Positions 6,706-14,253 of a stretch of 30,994 nt of DNA are shown here, in pieces. Origin of the DNA: a virus. The stretch covers positions 1 through 30,994 of IMG/VR virus record IMGVR_UViG_3300010239_000001, one strand, 5' to 3'. Within the stretch, counting starts at the first letter, position 1. Every line of letters begins with the position of its first letter. Below the pieces are notes generated by a model, which worked only from the letters and a program-made list of their open reading frames with translations, did not search any database and was not told where the DNA came from. Made by a program: the position numbers and the translations under genes.

Positions 6706-9057
6706 TTAGAACGTTCTTGAAATGCTGATGTAGTGCTTTATATAGTCTATTGAGGGTTTGGAGGAGGTTCCACTCTTTATTTGGAATATGAAGTTGAATG
6801 AATCTGAGGACGATGATACTGATATTTCTGAAAGGTCTATATTGTTTGTTCCGCTCGCTAATGACCCTGATTTCACAGTCGTATTGTTTTTCTTCACTGT
6901 GTAGGAAATGGAGCCTTCTGGTATGTCGCATGACACCGTCAAGGTGCCAAGGTTGTTTTCCACACCAATATCGGACCCGGTGAGGGTGTAGGAGGCTGTG
7001 CCGATTGTTGCGACCTTGTAATACACTTTCACGTAAGCACAGTCCACGTAGAAAGTTGCCCCGGCATCAGAATAGTTATCTTTTGCTGAGAGGTCCAGAT
7101 AAAGCGTATCGATATTAGAGGGGGTTACGTTGGAAAGCTCCCAGAGATCTCCATTACCTCCGTAAGTCTCTGTAGTGTAGGATTGAGGCCAGTACGTGGA
7201 TGTATCGGCTTTGTTCGCAGAATTAACGCCGCCAACGTTGATTCTGACAAGCTGGTCGACCCTGTTCACAGTACCGCTCTGCCTTCGTCTAATGGCTACT
7301 TGAATGCCTGTGATCTCTGCATTTGATGGGACATCAAAGCTGAAGCCGTCAAATCGAAGGATATCAGTATAACACGGAGTTTTTGTTGTATCGGCTTTTG
7401 CGCCCGTGTCATCACATGAAAGAGCGTCGCTTTTGTCGTACCAGTAGCCCCAGCCACTAGCGCAGTTGCTGTAGTCCACGTTGGTGGTTGAGGTGGGGTA
7501 TTTATCCCCAGTGTCTTCTGCGCTAGGGTCGTTGACTGTTAGAACGGCTGAGGTGTCGGTTCCGGAGATTATCGTGCCGGAGCGCGACATCTGCTGAAAT
7601 TCTGTATCAGTATCAAAGACGCGAATATAGCCTGACGATGAGCATGAACCCCCATCACTGGCCTTCATAGCGTTAGAGGCGACACCGCTTACCGAACCAG
7701 AGGTAGTGTCGCTTGTTGCGGTGGCATCAGAGCTTGTAACCTCCGTGCTGCCAGTCACAGTATCAGAGGCTCTTAAAGAGTTTGTCACAGTCCCAGAGGA
7801 GCTCATGCTAATGCTATCATTTGCTGTCGCCCCATCTCTGATGCCTTCGACCAATGCTAACGCTACGTCATCGGATGCGACGACAGCAGAATCAGAGTAG
7901 ATAATATTTGAAGACCCTGAGACAGAATCGTTGGCTTTTACGTTCTCGGATGCTGTGCCGCTACCAGCAAGAGCAAGATTATCATTGGCGTTTATAACGT
8001 CTGCTACCGTGCCAGAGCCCGTGCCAGCCTGAGTATCGGAAGCTTTGAGGCTGTCAGGAGTATTGCCGCCACCTTCCCCAGCTACGGAGTCGGAAGCTAT
8101 GAGACCTTCTAATATTGAGCTTAACGACCACTTCAAGTTTTCCTGGCCGATCAAGAGGTTGTCTGCAGCTGTTGACTGCTCAGACTCTACGATGTATCGG
8201 AATTTTTTGGAAGGCGAAAGGGCGTCTGTTAGTTCTTGTAATTCGCTTTCGCCCCATTGTATATTTATGGGCAGCTTCTCTTTATCTACGGATATGAGGA
8301 ATAGGGCTGGATTCTCCTCCTTTGTGAGCATATACTTTTGATCTTGATAGCTCACATCCTGTTCGCAGAGCAGACGCCAGTATCCTTCAATCATGGGTTC
8401 TGTGCCCAAGTATTTGTAGAGTGAGGCAAAGATAACGCCTTTTTCGCGGAGATAAGTAACGTACTTCTCCATCCGAGTCTCATAATAATAATCTGGCTCA
8501 AGGCTCTGATCATGGAAAGGAGGGTAGACACGGTCCAGATGATGATAATCAACGCTCCTGAAAGCGAAACGTGGACAACTCAGAATTTTGCCCTTTAGAT
8601 CGAGCAGCAAGTCCGGGTCGAAGGCGTTTCCCGTGATTTCGTCGTTTTCGGGGATTCCCTTCTCGAAAACGTTCCCATGATAGTCCTCTACTTCAACGCG
8701 GTATGTAGATTGTGGTATCGTGTAATCTGAGGTCAAGAAGAGCTGTTTTTTGTAACGGTCGACGCCAGCGCCGAGCACACCAGAATCGAAGATTTTCTTG
8801 TTGTCCTCGTATAATCTGATACGACGTATGTCCTCCAAGGCAACATCCACGTTGATACTGTATTCTTTTGGGCGAACCTGGTGTCTCCAGAGCCTCAAGG
8901 GACGTCTTGGCATAAAGATAGTCTCTATCAGCTTCTTGGCTGTTTCAGCTTCTTGCAATTCCTCTGCGACGGTCTGAAGGTGGGCGATCGTGTTGCTAAT
9001 TGGTGAAAACGTAAGGAACCAAGGTATCCGGTCTTTCAGGCGTCTAGCAACTCTCAT
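6706..9057 (-). CDS. baseplate wedge-like N-terminus fused to an 18-aa repeat stalk and a C-terminal jelly-roll/receptor-binding-like domain
   Basis: Follows the baseplate J-like gene; central A[SN]D repeats; C-terminal FDGFSFDVPSNAEITGIQVAIRR..YGGNGDLW beta-sandwich pattern. Confidence 0.6.
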   Translation of the reverse strand: MRVARRLKDRIPWFLTFSPISNTIAHLQTVAEELQEAETAKKLIETIFMPRRPLRLWRHQVRPKEYSINVDVALEDIRRIRLYEDNKKIFDSGVLGAGVDRYKKQLFLTSDYTIPQSTYRVEVEDYHGNVFEKGIPENDEITGNAFDPDLLLDLKGKILSCPRFAFRSVDYHHLDRVYPPFHDQSLEPDYYYETRMEKYVTYLREKGVIFASLYKYLGTEPMIEGYWRLLCEQDVSYQDQKYMLTKEENPALFLISVDKEKLPINIQWGESELQELTDALSPSKKFRYIVESEQSTAADNLLIGQENLKWSLSSILEGLIASDSVAGEGGGNTPDSLKASDTQAGTGSGTVADVINANDNLALAGSGTASENVKANDSVSGSSNIIYSDSAVVASDDVALALVEGIRDGATANDSISMSSSGTVTNSLRASDTVTGSTEVTSSDATATSDTTSGSVSGVASNAMKASDGGSCSSSGYIRVFDTDTEFQQMSRSGTIISGTDTSAVLTVNDPSAEDTGDKYPTSTTNVDYSNCASGWGYWYDKSDALSCDDTGAKADTTKTPCYTDILRFDGFSFDVPSNAEITGIQVAIRRRQSGTVNRVDQLVRINVGGVNSANKADTSTYWPQSYTTETYGGNGDLWELSNVTPSNIDTLYLDLSAKDNYSDAGATFYVDCAYVKVYYKVATIGTASYTLTGSDIGVENNLGTLTVSCDIPEGSISYTVKKNNTTVKSGSLASGTNNIDLSEISVSSSSDSFNFIFQIKSGTSSKPSIDYIKHYISISRTF
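7650..8097 (-). repeat. about nine tandem 18-aa protein repeats (A/T-S/N-D start) within the 783-aa gene
   Basis: ASDSVAGEGGGNTPDSLK / ASDTQAGTGSGTVADVIN / ANDNLALAGSGTASENVK / ANDSVSGSSNIIYSDSAVV / ASDDVALALVEGIRDGAT / ANDSISMSSSGTVTNSLR / ASDTVTGSTEVTSSDATA / TSDTTSGSVSGVASNAMK / ASDGG. Confidence 0.75.
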
Positions 9058-9063
9058 GGGCGA

Positions 9064-10200
9064 TCACTCGAACGTCACTTCTATTATACCACTCGTAGCC
9101 CGCTCATTATCACCAATAACGACCTTTTTGGTAGGATATTCAAAATCAACATCCTCTAGTTCTGGGTAGAGATCGGCGAGGTAATTCATAAGCTTGAACG
9201 GGCTGAAATTCTCACCAATACCGAGCCCGTCTACAATCTGGCCGTTAGAAGCTCTTCCACCATCAATATAGGCGCGAATATCCTTCTCCAGATAGTACTC
9301 AAGGTTTTCTCTCCGTTTGCCGCCGAGGAGGGCCCCTGCGGTCTCAAAAGTTGCGACACAATGAACATTGACAACCTTTTCCTCCACCCCTACGACCTTA
9401 ACGTCTTCGTCTGCTGCTTGCACATCAACTATAGCGTCACGTGCAAAGTCTACAACGACATTGGAGGGCGGATCTACGATCACTTTGACAGTGCCGGGCC
9501 CATCCCAACGCGGGATGATTTTGAAGTTCCGAAGACCAGCCACTCTGTTCAAGGCTGACTCATAAGCGGTGTAGGTTCCCCGCTGCTGCTCAAAGGGCCA
9601 CATTCTGATCCTCCGCGCAAGAGAATTGTCATCTTCAGCGCTGTTGCCTCCAGTCGACGCTTCATGGTTAAAGACGGTAACTCCTTCGACCTGGTCCACG
9701 AGGACCGTCAGTTCTCCGGCGCCGATGCGTGTTTCCGGCCCAGCGCCCGCAGAAATGGCGTAGGTCGTGGCTTGGAGTTCGTCAGCGGCGATCACAGCCT
9801 CATACATTGTGGAGTAGATTATCCCGGATTCTGTGGCTATTCTTGTGTTAACAGGGACTAGGATTTCTTCGTCTTGAGCTGATTCGAGCTTTTCGAAGGT
9901 AATAGGTGCAATTGATCTCGTAGGCCCGAGGCGTTCTAAGCCGACCAAACTGGCTAAGCGGTCCAGATCAGAGCCCGTTGCCCTATCCACATCAAAAGAG
10001 TCCAGCAATGATTGGAGATCTTGATAATATTCAGCGAGGATGTCTGCGAAGGACGCTAAGAAGAGCACATAATTGTTCTCGATTGATTCACCCCGCGTTA
10101 TCCTGTCAAAGAATCCAATATCATCAGATAGAAGTCCTCGCTCATATGCTTTTGTTATTAGTCCAGCAAGTATTTCACGATGACTTTTTAGTCTGAGCAT
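9064..10200 (-). CDS. baseplate J-like wedge protein
   Basis: ATGSDLDRLASLVGLER, STGGNSAEDDNSLARRI, RGTYTAYE and PRWDGPGTVKVIV are characteristic of the baseplate J family. Confidence 0.88.
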   Translation of the reverse strand: MLRLKSHREILAGLITKAYERGLLSDDIGFFDRITRGESIENNYVLFLASFADILAEYYQDLQSLLDSFDVDRATGSDLDRLASLVGLERLGPTRSIAPITFEKLESAQDEEILVPVNTRIATESGIIYSTMYEAVIAADELQATTYAISAGAGPETRIGAGELTVLVDQVEGVTVFNHEASTGGNSAEDDNSLARRIRMWPFEQQRGTYTAYESALNRVAGLRNFKIIPRWDGPGTVKVIVDPPSNVVVDFARDAIVDVQAADEDVKVVGVEEKVVNVHCVATFETAGALLGGKRRENLEYYLEKDIRAYIDGGRASNGQIVDGLGIGENFSPFKLMNYLADLYPELEDVDFEYPTKKVVIGDNERATSGIIEVTFE

Positions 10201-10203
10201 GGC

Positions 10204-10752
10204 CTATTCACCACCCAACGTCACAGTGAAGTATTCTTCTCCGCCCTCTATTGTTACAACACCAGCCTCGATAATCACGCCTTCGTCCTCGGCACGATAT
10301 GCTTTTACACCCAGAACCTCTTTGATACGGTCCATTTCGTCCAAAGCCGCCCACACAGCATCCTCCAAAGCTCTCAAGGACGCAGAAGAGAATCTCTCAT
10401 AGATTTGCTTGTACACGTCGCCCCCCCATCCCTCGAATGGGGGATATTCAAGCTCCCCTCTGATTGTGAGTAATTTCAAAACAACGCCTGATATGACTGA
10501 TTCAAGGTCCTCGGCGACTATGATGTCCCCGTTTTGATATGCGACGTCCCAGACGCGTTGTTTTGGGTCATAAGGGTCCCCTGGGAAGGTTACGTCAGCG
10601 TTGATTTCCGGGTCGTATCCGACCATCCCACGCGCTACGACGAGCGGTTCGTCGATTGCGCCCGTGCCGTCAGTGCTCCCCTCTGCCAGGAGCGTCTCAT
10701 AGGAGTAAACCATGAATGCGATGTTTTTGTCGAGCCTTGGGTAGTTTCCCAT
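10204..10752 (-). CDS. baseplate wedge protein, gp25/W-like (XkdS-like)
   Basis: NGDIIVAEDLESVISGVVLKLLTIRGEL..P.EGWG..LEDAVWAALDEMDRIKEV; immediately upstream of the J-like gene. Confidence 0.75.
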   Translation of the reverse strand: MGNYPRLDKNIAFMVYSYETLLAEGSTDGTGAIDEPLVVARGMVGYDPEINADVTFPGDPYDPKQRVWDVAYQNGDIIVAEDLESVISGVVLKLLTIRGELEYPPFEGWGGDVYKQIYERFSSASLRALEDAVWAALDEMDRIKEVLGVKAYRAEDEGVIIEAGVVTIEGGEEYFTVTLGGE

Positions 10753-10753
10753 T

Positions 10754-11332
10754 CTATTTTACCTCTTCTCCATTGATATAGACTTTTCCGCTGATTTCAA
10801 CGCCGTTGTCAGATATTGTGATCTTATTGTCGCAAACACCCAATTCTATTTTTGGCTCTGGGGCGATGCGGATCTTAGCACGGCCAAATTCGAAAGTCCA
10901 CCCATCTCCGAGGGTCCCGCTCGAAGAGATCAGCTGATCATCCCTTTTCACAAATCCGAGGATATATGCCCCCTTTTTGTCCATCTCGCCCTCAACTGCG
11001 AGCGTCACCGCAAAAACATCATTCTCAGGCACCACATAGTTGCCGTAGGCGTCTACGCCCTTCTTACCCCTAGGGGTGCATGCTAAGATTGTGTCATTGT
11101 CAAAGAAGGGGTAGGTGAAGCGAACAGGGTAAGGGTCAAAGCGTGGGTTCTCTATTTCACGGAAGGGTTTCACAAAGGCGACTCCTCGATCAGGGTAGAT
11201 CTTATAGACTTTCACAAGGCGGAGATAGATGTCTCGTTTGTCAAGGGGTGGTTTGCCTGGCTCTCCTCTCATCCGACCCCCCAAGAGCCTGCGAATGCTC
11301 TTCTCCACATCACCAGCGGTTATAACAGTCAT
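10754..11332 (-). CDS. baseplate central spike (gpV/gp45-like)
   Basis: OB-like N-terminal part (LVKVYKIYPDRGVAFVKP), beta-helix-like C-terminus (ITISDNGVEISGKVYINGEEV); sits between hub and wedge. Confidence 0.6.
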   Translation of the reverse strand: MTVITAGDVEKSIRRLLGGRMRGEPGKPPLDKRDIYLRLVKVYKIYPDRGVAFVKPFREIENPRFDPYPVRFTYPFFDNDTILACTPRGKKGVDAYGNYVVPENDVFAVTLAVEGEMDKKGAYILGFVKRDDQLISSSGTLGDGWTFEFGRAKIRIAPEPKIELGVCDNKITISDNGVEISGKVYINGEEVK

Positions 11333-11348
11333 CTTTTACCCCTCCAGC

Positions 11349-13454
11349 CTATTTTTGGCTTTGTTTGATGACAGTCAAGTTAGGCCTCTGAGATGTGGTG
11401 CGGAAAAGCTGGTTAAAGCCGTATTCACGGTATGGGATGTCCACCCATTGCCCGTCCAGGTAGATTTGGACTGTGCGGTGCTGGGGGGATTGTCCGGTGG
11501 CGTATTGTATGACTCTGGCCTGGAAACCAGCCTCGGTTAATCTGTTGAAGAGATAGTCGGACATGGCCCGGCAATCACCACATCCGCGTTTAACAAGGCA
11601 GTTAGCGTCTGAACAGCCTGAACAATATCCAAATTTCGCGGCGTCGCGGAGAATCTGATCGAGCTTCGTTTTATCACCGCTTCCTCCTTTTTTTTCCGTG
11701 CCGCTAGTCTGCGCTGGAGGCTTCCAAAGCGACATCTCCAAGCTTGTAGTGTAATCATCCGCCTGGATTTTGTGGGAAATTCCCTTTAAGTAGAGGAAAT
11801 CGGTGTAATCTTCTGGTTGGTTTTTCACATGCACCCAAGAGCCTGGAAAGAAGCCAGGATCTGCTAAAACCTCGCATGTGACGGTCTCGGCGGATTCCAC
11901 GCGTTGCACTTCTCTCAGAGCCTTTTTGCCAATCAACGCAGCATCCTTACCGTCCAATTCGGGCCACGTAACATCTACGATTCCTGGATAGCGAGTTTCA
12001 GGATATTTGGTGATATCTTTGTCGTAGATCACATTTCCTTTATTTTTTGATCCGCCGTCAGCAAATTTGATCCTGATCCCTGAAACGATCGGAGCTTTCC
12101 CTTCTGTCATATCAAACGTCTCATGTATCATGTTATGGTCAGACCAGGCCACAAAGACCTCCTTAGCCTCTTCAGGCATCGGTATTTCTTCTATATAGAC
12201 TGTGTCGCCCCTAACATAGACGTGCACGTCATTCTCCCATTTCTCGAGGACTTTGTATATCGCATCCCAGATCGTCATTTCTTGCACCGTTGTCGATTCG
12301 CCGCCCTCTCCACTTGCGGATTCGCTGGACGTCCCACTACAACTAGTCTTCAAATATCTAGGCCACGGAGCTTCGTGGACAGCACCGCAGCCGCAATAAT
12401 CTCTGTCGCAATTGCAGCAGAAAAAGTGTCCTTCTGGGAATATGTTTGCGCCGCCTTGTGCTGTGCTCGCATCGGTATCGCCCGGGCATTTGTTGACGTT
12501 ACAGTCTGGGGGGCATCGGTTGTACGCTATTCTGTTAGATCCGCACGCACAAGGGCCCACAGCTGTGCACGTCGCCCATTTGCCGCTTCCGCTTGGTGGG
12601 AGGGGACAGTCGCTCCTTCCACATGATTTCTGGAATTGTCCGCTTGCGCTGCCGCCGCCCCCTCCTTTTTTCTCGGCTTGGAGCGTAACTTTCGTTTCGA
12701 GGATTTTCCTGCTGAGGCGGATGTCCCCTTTGAGCCCGCTATTCTCGATGATATCAACCAGGATCTCTTCAACGGTCTTGTCAACGTATGAGAATGATTT
12801 TTTCTGTTCAAGGAGAACGCCCGTATCCGCAAAACTCACCACGATCTCTCTCTTTGTCTTTTTCACTTCTGCTACAAGCGCCTTGAATGCTTCCCTCATA
12901 ATCTCCCGCGTCTTCTCCCCTGTTTTAGGATCTAGGACCTCATTAGGATACCTATAACCAAATTTGAAGATCAGCTCGTCCCCCTGGCCTATCCGGTCGA
13001 ATCTCTCTTTTGAATAGACGAGTGTAAGGGAGCCAGTGCCTGTAGGCTCGTTTATCTTTTTGTCGAAGCTTATTGAGATGATATCTTTGAGCTCGTAACG
13101 GTCTATGATCGGGCAACGATTCATATACTTGTAAATGCCGAATAGGGCAATATTATCAAGCATGTAGTCTTCGATGGACCCAGGGCCGCTGCTCTCCTCA
13201 GCTCCGCCCTCTGCGGTCTCCTCCGCGGTTTCCGGCGCCCCGGCTTCGCTTGCTTCAGCTTCTGTACTGTCTTGCTTTTCTGATGATTTTTGGGGGGCTG
13301 ACGACGTCTCTACTGCGGTGAAGTCTATTGCCATGCTTGTCGGATACTGCCAGCGCTTCAGTGCTTCGCACATTTTCCTCCTGACCAATTCTACTTTGAC
13401 TATTGGCTGCGCGCCGGCCCGAAGTGGGAGATTAGCCACTTCCAAGCTCATCAC
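11349..13454 (-). CDS. baseplate hub protein with a Cys-rich insertion and a C-terminal transglutaminase-like (Cys-His-Asp) peptidase domain
   Basis: Hub-like segments (DIISISFDKKINEPTGTGSLTL, DKTVEEILVDII, TIWDAIYKVL, GFFPGSWVHV..LYLKGISHKI..YTTSLEM); C-terminal GDCRAMS..QHRTVQ..WVDIPY triad. Confidence 0.75.
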   Translation of the reverse strand: MMSLEVANLPLRAGAQPIVKVELVRRKMCEALKRWQYPTSMAIDFTAVETSSAPQKSSEKQDSTEAEASEAGAPETAEETAEGGAEESSGPGSIEDYMLDNIALFGIYKYMNRCPIIDRYELKDIISISFDKKINEPTGTGSLTLVYSKERFDRIGQGDELIFKFGYRYPNEVLDPKTGEKTREIMREAFKALVAEVKKTKREIVVSFADTGVLLEQKKSFSYVDKTVEEILVDIIENSGLKGDIRLSRKILETKVTLQAEKKGGGGGSASGQFQKSCGRSDCPLPPSGSGKWATCTAVGPCACGSNRIAYNRCPPDCNVNKCPGDTDASTAQGGANIFPEGHFFCCNCDRDYCGCGAVHEAPWPRYLKTSCSGTSSESASGEGGESTTVQEMTIWDAIYKVLEKWENDVHVYVRGDTVYIEEIPMPEEAKEVFVAWSDHNMIHETFDMTEGKAPIVSGIRIKFADGGSKNKGNVIYDKDITKYPETRYPGIVDVTWPELDGKDAALIGKKALREVQRVESAETVTCEVLADPGFFPGSWVHVKNQPEDYTDFLYLKGISHKIQADDYTTSLEMSLWKPPAQTSGTEKKGGSGDKTKLDQILRDAAKFGYCSGCSDANCLVKRGCGDCRAMSDYLFNRLTEAGFQARVIQYATGQSPQHRTVQIYLDGQWVDIPYREYGFNQLFRTTSQRPNLTVIKQSQK

Positions 13455-13461
13455 CGTTCAC

Positions 13462-14235
13462 TCATTTTCGCACGGGCTTGGAGACGTTCGTGATCCTGTA
13501 TTTTTCAGCTCTCTTCCTGTTCCAGACTTTTTCGCGGCCGCAGACGCCGCAATAATTTGCACCACACTTTGTGCAGTGGAGTTGTGCTTCGGGGATTCTC
13601 GAGCTGATTTCGCGGATAAGCTTACCCCCACAGTGCTTACAAACCATTTCCCAAGCCACAACATACCAGACATACTTGTAGCCGTCATATTTCATGCAGA
13701 ATGCGCAAGAAGGCTTGTACTCACCTGTTTCGCCTTTGGGGGTGGTTGTCGGCACTTCATTCTTGGTTTCAGACTTCTGTTCCTCCTCTTTCTCCTCCGC
13801 TGGGAGCTGGACGTCATCTAGGGGTTCAGCCGTCTCTTTGACCTCGAAAGCGATCTCGCCAAGGCCAAAGTGGTCCTTAGCATCATGGTCGTAATATCCA
13901 CCCTCCGATGGCTTGAACTTGACCTCAACGGTCGTGAAGCCTTTCATACACCCGTCTAAATGCGGCGAACAGACTGTAACAATCTTTCCGTCAAGATTCT
14001 TAACATAACGGTATGCTTCACGGCTCAACTCAATAAACTCGCATGAAAATTTGGCTTCACGCGCCCGTTTCGGCCCAAGTAGGATAATTTGGCCTCTTTC
14101 GACTACTTTTTTCTCTATTGGCTCGAATCCGCTATTAGATGCGGGTTTGACTTCGAAGTCTTTCACTATGAAGGGGATTCCGTCAACGGTGACTGTTGCA
14201 CGGTCCTTGTCCTTCTCCCAATGACGAATAACCAT
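13462..14235 (-). CDS. tail tube initiator/distal-tail-like protein with a C-terminal Cys-rich domain
   Basis: Directly after the tape measure gene; C-terminal CAFC..CKHC..CTKC..YCGVCG. Confidence 0.55.
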   Translation of the reverse strand: MVIRHWEKDKDRATVTVDGIPFIVKDFEVKPASNSGFEPIEKKVVERGQIILLGPKRAREAKFSCEFIELSREAYRYVKNLDGKIVTVCSPHLDGCMKGFTTVEVKFKPSEGGYYDHDAKDHFGLGEIAFEVKETAEPLDDVQLPAEEKEEEQKSETKNEVPTTTPKGETGEYKPSCAFCMKYDGYKYVWYVVAWEMVCKHCGGKLIREISSRIPEAQLHCTKCGANYCGVCGREKVWNRKRAEKYRITNVSKPVRK

Positions 14236-14253
14236 GAAATCACCAGAGGCGGA

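Noticed and set aside
6659-6931. 90-aa minus-strand ORF spanning the A-tracts
   Set aside because: It overlaps the end of the 783-aa gene in another frame, has no RBS, and its tail is simply translated A-runs (KKK).
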